Below the pieces are notes generated by a model. The model did no database searches, was not told the origin of the DNA, and worked only from the letters and a program-made list of their open reading frames with translations. Below, piece by piece: positions 22,493 to 36,053 of a stretch of 64,000 bases of DNA; the first letter of the stretch is position 1, and each line of letters starts with the position of its first letter. The stretch is from Octopus sinensis (lineage: Eukaryota). Both the position numbers and the translations under genes were made by a program. Location: NCBI RefSeq assembly GCF_006345805.1, contig NC_043025.1, positions 14,136,001-14,200,000 of the forward strand. Direction: 5' to 3'.

Positions 22493-23959
22493 ATATATAT
22501 ATATGCATGCATGCATACATGGTAGAATAACATTTGTATGTATATTGGCTGCTATTTCTAGCAACATAAGCGTCCACTTAGAGAGCGACCCCCTCAACAG
22601 AGCTACTGACGAAGAGGGTGTTACTCATCCTCAGAGTTGGTGGAGACGACGGTGGTGTCCCCTACTGAAGCAGTACAAAAAGAGGGTGAATGGGTGCAAG
22701 GAGGAGACAACTCTTTCTCCTCTCCTTCCCCCACTCTCTCTATCAGACATTACCAAACAGACAGCCAGCCATACAGACAGACAATATAAAGGACCTTACC
22801 GTAGAGTCTTAGGAAGGACTAGAGTTGTGGTGATGATGATGATGATGAGCGTGCCATTAGCAGAGACGTTGTCGCTTAGCCCCAGGTCAGTGCTGGTCGT
22901 AATGGCCTATGATCAAAGGCATTCCGGCCGTGGCCATCCAGTCTTTTGTTCTCGTACAGGAAACACAGAACCATTATTAATTTTACTATCATTCGATAAT
23001 GTGTAGTCGCTTTTTTTTTCTCCAAGACAGCCGAATGTGTGAATGGAGGGAGGATAGTGGCTGGCTGCTATTTCTAGCAGACTTGGCGACTGTGTCGCGG
23101 CTCTTTCGTCAGCCCATGGTTACTGCGGTGGCGTGGGTGGCAGGGGATGCCGGTGGTGGTGGTGGTGAAAGTCGTGTTGTGGTGTGGGCGGCGGAGGTGG
23201 ATCAGCGTGGGTTCGTTGCGGAGGCGGCGACGCAGCGTGGCGTTGCGTTGTAGTAGAGGCGCAGTGCGGTGGTGGTGATGGTGGTGGTAACGGTGATGAT
23301 GACGATGATGATGATGTTGCTAGTTTGATGCAGTGAACAGTTGACAGAGCAGCAACAACATCTGCTGCCGCTGCTGCACCGCGACACGACCAACTAAACT
23401 GCATCAAGTCGACAGCGGCTGCAGCCAGCAAACTGCACCGACAGCTACTACAACATCAACAGCAGCAGTCACTCAGCTTCTGCAACACCACCACCACCAC
23501 CACCACCAGCAACAACCGCAGCAGCAGTAGTCATACAACTGCAACACAAGCTGCAGAAACGACTGCACCTCTACAACCACCACCGCAGCAATGACACCGA
23601 TGCACACTGCTATATGCAATGTTCTCCTGCTGCAGTGGAAACTGCACACTTGTTCTGTTACATAAGGCTGCAACATGGAAAACTGCAGTCGGGGCTGTGT
23701 CAGCTGTGACTGCAACCAGCTGCACCCAAACCTGCAACAACAGCGACAACAACAACAACAGACATCAAAGGAGTTGAGTGGTTGTTGAAATGGTTAGAAA
23801 TAGCAGCTAAATCTTTGTCACTTGTCATTGTGTTGTCTTTAAGAAAGGAAGGTGATGCTGAGAAATGTGGTTAATGATGTAGAAAAAGATGTGATGGTCA
23901 CGGTTGGAACACCAGTGATCAGAGATCAGCTGCATCAGGACTGACTTAAGGCTAAACAA

Positions 23960-26190
23960 CAGGGAAGGACACATGAGATGATGTAGTCCTAGATACACTA
24001 TGCCTGAATAAAAGACAGGATGGTCACAGCTGGAACATCTTGGATCATAGGTCTGTCTAGATCAGGACTGACCTGGGGCTAAACAACAACAAGGAAGGAC
24101 ACATTAGATAATGTAGTCCTAGATACACTATGCCTGAATAAAAGACAGGATGGTCACATATGGAATATCTTTGGTCATAGGTCTACTGGATGAGACTGAC
24201 CTGGGGCTAAACATCAAGGAAGGACACATCAGATAATGTAGTCCTAGGTACACTATGCCTGAATAAAAGACAGGATGGTCACATATGGATCATCTTTGGT
24301 CATAGGTCTACTGGATGAGACTGACCTGGGGCTAAACATCAAGGAAGAACACATAAGATAATGTAGTCCTAGATACACTATGCCTGAATAAAAGACAGGA
24401 TGGTCACAGCTGGAACGTCTTTGATCACAGGTCTGCTGGATCAGGACTTACCCGGGGCTAAACAACAAGGAAGGACACATTATATAATGTAGTCCTAGAT
24501 ACACTATGCCTGAATAAAAGACAGGATGGTCATGGTTGGAGCATCTCGAATCATAGGTTTGCTGGTTCAGGACTGATCTAGGGCTAAACAACAAGGTGAA
24601 GGACACATTCGATAATGTAGTCCTAGGTACACTATGCCTGAATAAGACAGGATGGTCACATATGGATCATCTTTGGTCATAGTCTACTGGATGAGACTGA
24701 CCTGGGGCTAAACATCAAGGAAGAACACATAAGATAATGTAGTCCTAGATACACTATGCCTGAATAAAAGACAGGATGGTCACAGCTGGAACGTCTTTGA
24801 TCACAGGTCTGCTGGATCAGGACTACCCGGGGCTAAACAACAAGGAAGGACACACTATATAATGTAGTCCTAGATACACTATGCCTGAATAAAAGACAGG
24901 ATGGTCATGGTTGGAGCATCTCGAATCATAGGTTTGCTGGTTCAGGACTGATCTAGGGCTAAACAACAAGGTGAAGGACACATTCGATAATGTAGTCCTA
25001 GGTACACTATGCCTGAATAAAAGACAGGATGGTCACATATGGATCATCTTTGGTCATAGGTCTACTGGATGAGACTGACCTGGGGCTAAACATCAAGGAA
25101 GAACACATAAGATAATGTAGTCCTAGATACACTATGCCTGAATAAAAGACAGGATGGTCACAGCTGGAACGTCTTTGATCACAGGTCTGCTGGATCAGGA
25201 CTTACCCGGGGCTAAACAACAAGGAAGGACACATTATATAATGTAGTCCTAGATACACTATGCCTGAATAAAAGACAGGATGGTCATGGTTGGAGCATCT
25301 CGAATCATAGGTTTGCTGGTTCAGGACTGATCTAGGGCTAAACAACAAGGTGAAGGACACATTCGATAATGTAGTCCTAGGTACACTATGCCTGAATAAA
25401 AGACAGGATGGTCCACATATGGATCATCTTTGGTCATAGGTCTACTGGATGAGACTGACCTGGGGCTAAACATCAAGGAAGAAACATAAGATAATGTAGT
25501 CCTAGATACACTATGCCTGAATAAAAGACAGGATGGTCACAGCTGGAACGTCTTTGATCACAGGTCTGCTGGATCAGGACTTACCCGGGGCTAAACAACA
25601 AGGAAGGACACACTATATAATGTAGTCCTAGATACACTATGCCTGAATAAAAGACAGGATGGTCATGGTTGGAGCATCTCGAATCATAGGTTTGCTGGTT
25701 CAGGACTGATCTAGGGCTAACAACAAGGTGAAGGACACATTCGATAATGTAGTCCTAGGTACACTATGCCTGAATAAAAGACAGGATGGTCACATATGGA
25801 TCATCTTTGGTCATAGGTCTACTGGATGAGACTGACCTGGGGCTAAACATCAAGGAAGAAACATAAGATAATGTAGTCCTAGATACACTATGCCTGAATA
25901 AAAGACAGGATGGTCACAGCTGGAACGTCTTTGATCACAGGTCTGCTGGATCAGGACTTACCCGGGGCTAAACAACAAGGAAGGACACATTATATAATGT
26001 AGTCCTAGATACACTATGCCTGAATAAAAGACAGGATGGTCATGGTTGGAGCATCTCGAATCATAGGTTTGCTGGTTCAGGACTGATCTAGGGCTAAACA
26101 ACAAGGTGAAGGACACATTCGATAATGTAGTCCTAGATACACTATGTCAGAATAAAAAAAAAAACCCAGAATGGTCACCGTTGGAACATC
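23960..26190. repeat. Minisatellite of about 126-bp monomers (about 17.5 copies) organised as a 378-bp trimeric higher-order repeat
   Basis: Monomer starts at 24091, 24216, 24341, 24467, 24593, 24717...; three variants recur with period 376-380 bp; related dispersed copies at 9350-9600. Confidence 0.95.
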
Positions 26191-26428
26191 TTTGATCAGA
26201 GGCCAGAGATTAGCAGTAGTAGTAGTAGTGGTGGTGGTGGTGGTGGTGAGGGTAGCAGTAGTAGTAGTAACAGCAGCATTCCATTGAAAGATCGAATTGT
26301 GTAATAGAGGAACCCGGTGGGAATGGCGGAATCAATAAGGGGGGGAGGGAGTCTGATAATATTTGTGTAGGTCAGTGTGTGTCAATAAATGCCTTGACTA
26401 TGTAAAGCGTGCGACGTGTGTATGTGTG

Positions 26429-26488
<60 letters not shown>

Positions 26489-28039
26489 CGTATATATATA
26501 TATACGTATATGTGTGTATATTGGTGTGCGTGTATGCCAATATATATATATATATATACTCTTACTCTTTTACTTGTTTCAGTCATTTGACTGTGGCCAT
26601 GCTGAAGCACCGCCTTTAGATGAGCAAATCGACCCCCAGGACTTAATTCTTTGTAAGCCTAGTACTTATTCTATCGGGTTCTTAAGCCGAACCGCTAAGT
26701 TGCGGGGACGTAAACACACCAGCATCGGTTGTCAAGCAATGGTGTGTATCTGTGTGTGGGGGACAAACACAGACACACAAACATATAACACACACACATA
26801 TATACGACGGGCTTCTTTCAGTTTCCGTCTACCAAATCCACTCACAAGGCCGTGGTCGGGCCGAGGCTATAGCAGAAGACACTTGCCCAAGGTACTTATA
26901 TTTCTTTACTACCCACAAGGGGCTAAACATAGAGGGGACAAACAAGGACAGACAGAGGTATTAAGTCAATTACATCGACCCCAGTGCGAAATTGGTACTT
27001 TATTTATCGACCCCGAAAGGATGAAAGGCAAAGTCGACCTCGAATGGTGTATGTGTGTGTGCAAGTGCGCGGCGCTCGTGTGTCAATGCGAGGAGTCCAT
27101 TGTGAAATAGTTAACATATCTGACATTCTTTGTAACAATAGCCTCCCCTTCCTCCCACTCCTCACTGTCTGAAGTTTTTACTCCCACTGCAACTCTCATT
27201 CATTCGAAAGCGTGCATAGGAAGAGCGAGGGAGAGGGGAGCAAAGAAATGACGATGCTACTACGGTAGTGTTGTGTTTACTCTTACGTCCCCCCCCCCTA
27301 CCGCCGCACTCGACTTCCATCTCACACACACACACACATTACACACATACACACCCACACTGAGGTACACACGCGCAGACACATACGTGCGCAGATACAC
27401 ACACGCTCGCGCGCGCAGACACGTACGTGCGCGGCGCAGACAAGCACTCACGTGCGCACGCACACAGACATGACACAAACACATTGACACACACATACAT
27501 ACATGCAGACACACACACAAAGAGGCAGACAGTCTCTCTCTCTCTCTAACACACACCCGTCAATAGATTCTCTCGGCTCTTCTCCCCTGCCAACCTCCTC
27601 CCTGACAATGAGCAGACCAATTGTTCCACCAACTGAGAACACCCACTCATTACACTACAAGTGGCTGAGTATTCCACAGGCAAACACATATATATATGTA
27701 TGTATATACTCTTACTCTTTTACTTGTTTCAGTCAATTGACTGTGGCCATGCTGCAGCACCGACTTTAGTCGAGAAAATCGACCCCCAGGACTTATTCTT
27801 TGTAAGCCCAGTACTTATTCTATCGGTCTCTTTTGCCGAACCGCAAATTCACGGGGACGTAAACACACCAGCATCGGTTGTCAAGCGATGCTAGGGGGAC
27901 ATTATAATAATTTTTGTATAAGTTTACCGATAAGGGTTCTGTTAACATCCCAAACTACTTGATGAGATTATTAATTATAAACTGATTAATTAATTTTGCC
28001 CTTTATTATAATTGATAATATACATACATATAAATATAA

Positions 28040-28072
<33 letters not shown>

Positions 28073-28131
28073 CATACACAAGACATGTACATAAATACAT
28101 AAACATACACATATAGAAATAAACAGACACC

Positions 28132-28173
<42 letters not shown>

Positions 28174-28228
28174 CACAAGACATGTACATAAATACATAAA
28201 CATACACATATAGAAATAAACAGACACC

Positions 28229-28280
<52 letters not shown>

Positions 28281-28589
28281 TATATATACATACATCAATG
28301 ATACATAAAATACATATAGATAAAATTTTTTTAAATAATTGAAAAAACAAACAAAAATAATGCAAACCGGAAAACAACAACAAAAAAGACAACAAAACAA
28401 TTCAAACAACGAAAACAAAACAAAACAAAACATTTAAAATAATTAATAATTAACAACAGAAAGCATCATTAAAAGAAAAATCAAAATTTCAAATTTCATT
28501 TTTTTTCTCTCTCTCGAGAACAAAACCTCGTTAAATATTTTAACGAGGTTTAAATTAAAACAAAAAAAATAAAAATTACAATTTTTTTT

Positions 28590-29320
28590 TTATTATCGGC
28601 ACTTGTTGCATGTGTGTGCACCATCCGCAAACATTTACCAAGAATGCATGAGTGCGCAACACATGCACATCTGCACCAACAAGTATATATGCACATATAA
28701 ATATATATATGCACCAACTGCACATATATACACAAAAAATAAGCACTTACAATTACATATATCCACAGATGTTTATGTGCATATACGCACCAAAAGAACC
28801 AGAGTATATTTTGCATATATGCAGGCATGCACCACCTGCATATATGCAACAGTAAAAAACTAGAGACATCACACATATATACACAGGTAAACAACACACC
28901 ATGTACAGCAGAAATTAATGCATGTAAACTGCACATACAAGTGTGCATCACCTGTATATATATATATGTGGCAATATTTAGTGTATAAATTTTATAATAT
29001 GCAGGTATGCACCTCGCTGCACATATGGAGCAATATCAAGGATACACATCACATATGTACAGCAGAAATCAGTCTGCACATTGCACATGCCGGTGTGCAT
29101 CACCTGCATATGTGCAAGAATATTTAGGGTACAAAAATTCATATATGCAAGCATAAATCACCTGCAAATGTACATCGGAAAAAAATATAGTTAGTCGTTT
29201 TTATTGCATATACACTGGTCTATAAACACCTGTAGAAATGCAGCGATAGTTAATAAGCGTGAAGCTGTGCGTGCCCACAGGTGGTGCATTCCCTGTGTGC
29301 ATGCACCTGAAGTTAGTGAA
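28590..29320. repeat. Degenerate (gcacatatgcaccacctgcatatat)-like repeat
   Basis: Recurrent tgcac/tgcat motifs. Confidence 0.65.
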
Positions 29321-31711
29321 GCGCGAAGAATGCAGATCAGAACAGGTAAGCGGTGAACATTGAAGAGCTTAAAAGATGTAAAGATGCTGAAATATGCAAA
29401 AGTGCAGAGCTAAGAACCACATCGCTAAGAATATACATGCATGTGTGTCTGTATACAAATATATATATATATACATATATATATATAAATATATATATAC
29501 ATACATATGCATACATGTGTGTATACACATGTAGCCACTACATCAAAAATAGAAACAGAAAAAGAGATTAAAATGAAAAGCAAGAGATAAACAAAGGGAA
29601 CCAAACGGAATTGAACCCCAAATTGTCCAAGAACAGAGTTTAGTAAAAGAAAAGAGGGTTTCAGAGATATTTTTTTATCAGCTGGAGAGAAAAAGACAGA
29701 AATAAACTGAGAAATGCAGGGAGTAGTAATTGACCCCCCTTTTGGCCATAAATGGCCATGGGATTACACCTAGGAAGTTCCCCCTCTGAAGCACAAGTCC
29801 AGACAAGTTTGTCTTCTCTCCATGCCACCGGCGTGATCCAAGGGAAAGGGCAAAGGGGCCGATACAGTTTGGCCCCAGTGACATTGCAACTCATTTCTAG
29901 AGACAAGTGAACTGGAGCAACGTAAAATAAAGGGTCTTGCTCAAGAACACAACACGCAGCCCTTTCTACGATAGACACAAGCCCTGAAATTTAGTGGGCA
30001 GGGGACTAGTCAATTACATTGACCCCAGTGCTCAACTGGTACTTATTTTATTAACCTGGAAATGATGAAAGGCAAAGTCCACCTCGGCTAAGAATTTATT
30101 TTGTGGGAACGTGCTAATGATTTTGTCAGCTTGTCATCTTAACGATAATGCTCTCTACTAAAGGCACAAGCCCTGAAATCTTGGTGGAAGGAGAGCAATT
30201 TGATTAGATCCACCCCCAGTATTCATCTGGTACTTATGGACCCTGAAAGGATGAAAGTCAACCGCGGCAAGATTTGAACTCAGAACATAACTGGAAGAAA
30301 TGCTGCCAGACATTTTGCCAGGCACAGCAACGACTCTGCCAGCTAGCCACTTTAATAATAATAATAATAATCCCTTCTACTAAAGGCACAAGGCCTTGAA
30401 TTTGCAAGGGAAGGATTAAGTTGATTACATCAATCCCAGTGTGTAACTGGTATTTATTTAATCGACCCCAAAAGGATGAAAGGTAAAATCAACCTTGGTG
30501 AATTTTGAACTCAGAACGTAGCAGTAGATGAAATACCACTAAGCATTTTGCCTGGCCTGCTTAACATTCTGCCAGCTCACCACTTCTAATAATGATAATT
30601 TTTGTTACTATAGGAACAAGGCTTAAAGAATAATAATAATAATAATTAATAAAGATGCGCTGATGCAGTACCAGGCAGTGGCTCTCGTGGCTTCTGATCT
30701 TAATTGATTGGAAGTGTTATCATGTACATTGTTTTGTCTTGGTATAAAAGATGGGCTACAGCAAATATTCTGCTCAATACCACAGATTTGCTTGTCAGTT
30801 GTTTGACCTTAACCAGTTGAGCATGTCCCTTAGTGGCTGACGATATGTGCATCTCTGATCACGAGCAGAAGTAGTGGGGGAGCATCATAGCCATGTGTTG
30901 AAAGGGATTCTTTGGGGGTTTGGATAATTCACCTCTGGAAACATAGATGTCAACAGCCTTAAACAACCCTTATCCTGGGACATTTTGAGTGGGATGGGCT
31001 ACTTGACCAGAAGAAAATTCTAACTGGGCCCTACGTACAAGGTCATGTGTTGATTATCTTGATATGGGATCACCATGTTGCGCACATATGGTTGTGATGC
31101 ATGTGCCTGGTGTACTCTTATCAGACGGGTAGTCATGATGGGTATGTTGAACTTTGTATATTTGTACCCTAGTGTCACTAGGCACAAAGACTAATAATAA
31201 TAATTATTATAAAGAAAACAATAATAAAATGATAACAATAATAAGAATTACATAAAAAAAACATTTTAAAAATTAGAAATAAAAAATCTGTTTTGTAAAA
31301 TTAAAAATCTGACCCCCACCTAAAAAAATGTGAAAAACAGAAAAAAAAGTTCTACCAGAATGTGAGGAAATGGGGAGGTGGAAGAGGAAGGGTGAATGCC
31401 CCCCCTCAGTTAATTAAGCATGCAAGTTCGTTAGAAGCGAGTTAGAAAGAGAGAAACAAAAATTTAATTAGTGACAAACGAACCAACTTAACAACTAAAT
31501 CTCGAAAACGAGGATTTGTGAGTTGAGTGAGTGTAAGCAGAAATAGAAATAAATAAATAAAATTTGATAATAATAATAATAAGAATAATAATAGTAATAA
31601 TAAGAATAATAATAAACATAGGACCATCCGTTTGTAAAAAAAAGTATAGAAAAGAAGAAGAAGAGAGAGGTGAGAGTGAGAGTGGATGGTGTCCAATCAT
31701 GGCGAACTAAC

Positions 31712-31800
31712 CTATCTTTATCTCGAAGCTGTTCGTTCAAGAGAGACAACTGCTGGGAGCTATCTCCTGAGTTTCTCATCAGCTCGGCGATTTGTTGCTC
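31712..31800 (-). CDS. CLIP1: CLIP1 signature exon (EQQIAELMRNSGDSSQQLSLLNEQLRDKDR)
   Basis: Acceptor cgttttccttgaag, donor AG|gttagt, 89 nt, phase 0-2. The peptide matches the conserved CLIP-170 motif I recall as [30 protein letters not shown]; this is the main basis for the gene call. Confidence 0.92.
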
Positions 31801-32460
31801 CTTCAAGGAAAACGAACGACGACAACGAATTTAGCAGAGAAGAAGAGAAAGGAGTAGGAGAAGTAAGAGAAGAAAAGGACGGAAGAAGAGAAAGGAGTAG
31901 GAGTGGTAAGAGAAGAAAAGGACGGAAGAAGAAGAAGAAGAAAGTGTTGAGCTACAGGACACTGGGTCAGTTTTTGTGAAGTTTTGGCGGTTTGGGGTGT
32001 TTTGCGTTTTCTTGGGGGTAGAAGTCTAAAATGTGGGTGTAAAAAAACAAATATAACAAAACCCCTTAGTAGTTTTGTGTGAAGGGGTGAAAGCAACAGA
32101 TACAGGAGCACTATGAGTATTTTGTTGCTCCTTCAAGGAAAACGAATGAGATGGGATTTAGCAGAGAAGAGGAAGAAATAAGAGACGTAAGAGAAGAAAG
32201 TGTTGAGCTACAGGAGATTGAGTCAGTTTTTGTTAAGCTTTAGGGTTTTTGCGTGTGTTTTCTTAATGGTAGATGTCTAAAACGTGGGCATAAGAAGAGT
32301 GAAACGAAACCCCCTTTTGTTGCCTTGTCAGAAGGGGTAAAATCAACAGACATGGGAATACTATAAGTTCCTTCAAGGAAAACAAATGACAAGGAATTTA
32401 GCAGAGAATAGGAAAGAGAATAAAACGTTGAGCTACAGGATGCTGGGGTCACTTCTTCTG
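31790..32460. repeat. Three degenerate copies (330/240-bp spacing) of the acceptor region of exon 31712-31800
   Basis: ccttcaaggaaaac at 31800, 32130 and 32370, each followed by gaatttagcagagaa/gatttagcagagaa...gttgagctacagga. Confidence 0.8.
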
Positions 32461-34256
32461 AAGTTAATTTTTTTGGTAGGTGGAGATCCTGTCTTTTGTG
32501 TTTTTCAGAAATTTAGAATTTGAGTGTAAAAAATTGAAAGAAAAGGAACAGAAGATGATGGCGAACTTCTGCTGACTCTTTCGCCACAACTTTCTCTTGC
32601 TCTTTCCTCCTGCATCTTGCAGCTCACCTGCGATGGACTGGCGTCCCGTCCAGGTGGGGAACCAATATGGCAAGGAAACTGAGAAACCAGCCCTTATGAG
32701 CCAGGCATGGCTCGAGAAGGAACAAACATGGCCCACGAAAACACTGTTGGGCAGCTGGGTGAGGAGTGTTGGGCGCTATTGGATTGTTTCTCAAAACAGA
32801 TCAACTCTTGACTAACCCCGTGTTAAACTTGAGATGGCCCCACCCAAGATATAACTTGGGTTGACTGAGTAAATAAAAGCTGAGTAGGGAAGAGAGGAAC
32901 GAAAGGGGACCCGCTTGCCACACTTCATACAAAAAGTAGGGGATAGCACCAATACCATCTGTGATGAGGAAATAAGGGTCACTCAGTCACAGCTGCACTC
33001 AAACTCAGACACAGAGGTATTATACACAAACACATCATACATTTAACATATATACACACATGCCAGAAGTAACCAGAACAAGGGGCTGTTTCAATTTATG
33101 GCACAAGGCCAGTAAATTTCAGAAGGGGGTTTAGTCAACTACACTGACTCCAGTAGGATAAAAAGGTAAAGACCCCCTTTAGTCACGAATGACCATGGGA
33201 TTGCAACTAGGTAGTCACCTTTCAAGGTACAAGCCTGGTCATGGTTGTTTATGGAATACTCTCCCCTCTCCATGCCACTGATATTATCCAAAGGATGGGC
33301 AAAGGGGCCGATACAGCTTGGCACCAGTGATGTCACAACCCATTTCTACAGCTGAGTGAACTGCAAGAACACGAAATGCAAGTCCTACCTCGACCTCTTT
33401 TAGTCGTTTTCTATGACATGCAAAAGAAACTTCGGGGTCTAGTCTTTCACATGCTGACCCCTAAACGGCACAGAAGTCTTAGTCTTCTATTATAATTCCT
33501 ATTTCTTCACTGCCCACAAGGGGCTACACACAGAGGGGACAAACAAGGACAGACAAAGGGATTAAGTCGATTATATCGACTCCAGTGCATAACTGGTATT
33601 TATTTAATCGTCCCTGAAAGGATGAAAGGCAAAGTCGACTTTGGCGGAATTTGAACTCAGAACGTAATGGCAGACAAAATACCGATAAGCATTTCGCCCG
33701 GCGTGCTAACGTGTCTGCCAGCTCGCCACCTTATAGCTTTGCTCAAGAAAACAACACACCGCCTGGTCCAGTAATTGAACCCACAATCTGGTGCTCCTTA
33801 GCGCAACACCCTCACCACAAGGCCAAGCGCCTTCACTAAGGGGACAGCAGCAATTTAATAAAGAATAAATTCCAGGAGATCTGGGACCAAAATAAAGGGC
33901 AGAGGGAGTTGAAGAAAGAAAATAGAGAGGGTAGAAACGGGAGAGAAAGATAAAGGAGCAGAAAATGAAGAAAAGATATGAAACTGAAGATCAGGATTGG
34001 ATGAGAGGGTGGAGGGGCAGACGTTTGCCCCGATTCAAAACAAAAGAAAATAATAAATAAATGAATAAATAAAATAAAATAAACCATCTCCCTGCCCCCC
34101 TTGGGTGTTCTCTACCCTCCTGGAGAAATAAACAAAACGAAATTGAATTGCAGAAATATGATAATGACGACAGACAACAGCCAAGACGAGGATGGGCAGC
34201 AGAAGAGGAAGAAGAAGGCTTCAGGGGTCTCACAGACAGGACAGGTTGTGTGTGTG

Positions 34257-34295
<39 letters not shown>

Positions 34296-34441
34296 ATGCT
34301 TCTGTGCATGACCATGTTTATGTGTGTGTAGTAAATGAATTTACATGAACGAAATTAGAGTACTCAATACAAGTGTAGAGTGAAACCCAGGTCAATCCCA
34401 CCAACCCATACCAGCATAGACAACAGATGTTAAATGATGAT

Positions 34442-34480
<39 letters not shown>

Positions 34481-36021
34481 ACTCAGCAAAAACAATTAAG
34501 ATCCAAGTGAATTCCAATGAATTCAAATGAATATGGTACTTAACTTAGATGCACCAGAAATCTTTAGGGTATTAACCCTAAAATAATGTGGGGTGATTAT
34601 AAACAAGAAAAAAGCAACAAGAATGGATTAGTCTAATCCATTCTTGTTGCTTTTTTCTTGGTTATATATATATAAAGTTATAAATAAGGAAAGAAATATA
34701 CAATGATAAAATTTATTCAACCATAAGAAATTGTTATTGAACGACAATTGTTTCGTAGCTTAATAAAATTTCCTCTATTTATTTTCTCTTGTATCGTGCT
34801 ATATATTCTATGTTTTGTAGGTTGATACACCAGAGTTTCTTTTATGGGTACTACTGGATCAGTTGAATCCGTAAGTTGTATGTGTCTTTCTCAGATATAG
34901 TGGGGTGGGGCCTTGCAGGTAAGTGTGACAATTATATGAGGTGTGATCTAACAGGGTTGAGAGGTCAATGCACATGTGTATATAGGGGCAGAGGTTTTAA
35001 AAGATGACGGGGAAGAGACAGAGAGAGGGAGGGAGGGAGGGAGAGCAGAGAGATGCAATCGGGTTATATTCACTCGACTTTCAATCCGGTTTCAACCAGC
35101 TGCACCGAGAGCAGATGAGATGGTCACAGAAAGAGAGGATTGTTGGTTAGTTTTGGATGCAGTGAAATGACAACGTCGGAACACGTGAGATGAGAGGGTT
35201 AAGTTTCAAGACCACACTAAACCTTACACATCAGGTGATGGCGGGGCAGGCAAAGATGCGAGATGCGAAAGGGGTTGAGGGAGATAAGATAATGAACATA
35301 CCCTAGTAGGGGACTTTAATCTTCGTTTGGGACGGGGTAGATAGTTTTTTTTCTCATTCCAGTTACATCTGCCATACATTAACATGCATTAAAACTGTCA
35401 TAAATTAACATACATTAAACTTCTTCATACATTAACATGTTAAACTCGCCATACAATTAACATATGTTAATTTGGTCATACATAAACATGTGTTAAACCT
35501 GACATACATTAACCACTCTGTCACATCAGCAGATGTTAAATGTGTCATACATGAGTATGTTAGGTCTACCATACATTAGCATACATTAAACCAGGAATAC
35601 ATTAGCATACATTAAATCAGGAATACATTAGCATACATTAAATCACACGAATTAACATTATAAATCTACTTTAATATATGATAAATCTGCCATACATTAA
35701 CATACATTAAGCCTGCTATACATTAACATAAATTAAACCTTGCACACATTAACACACACACACACACAAAACAGAGACCAGAGTTTACACATACACACAC
35801 AAACCCCATTCCTTACACAAGCATACGTGTGCAAACCTCATAGAAACCTAACTCTCTCACACACATGCACGCTCATGCACACACTCCATAGGCAATAGCT
35901 CACATACATACATTCCAATAAACTCTCATACAAACATGCACACACTACAGAGCAAAGCTTACACATACACACACACACATGCATTCCCTTACACAGACAC
36001 GCATGCTCGCACACACACAAG

Positions 36022-36053
<32 letters not shown>

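Noticed and set aside
22799-22906. Possible exon with a hydrophobic IIIII stretch and GTAAG donor
   Set aside because: The acceptor region is a relic of the 126-bp repeat, the start phase does not match the phase 2 intron, and the hydrophobicity comes from (ATC)n.
23960-26190. Regularly spaced repeats resembling a CRISPR array
   Set aside because: There are no unique spacers; the units are contiguous 126-bp monomers in eukaryotic intron DNA with no cas genes.
27556-27630. Segment reading LVEQLVCSLSGRRLAGEKSRENLLT after ttctcag
   Set aside because: Wrong phase for this intron (phase 2 gives a stop) and the donor gtgtgt is weak.
34730-34870. GAAA-CAATTG-TC half-hammerhead on the minus strand
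   Set aside because: The 5' core reads CTGATCCA and helix I does not pair; at best a dead relic.
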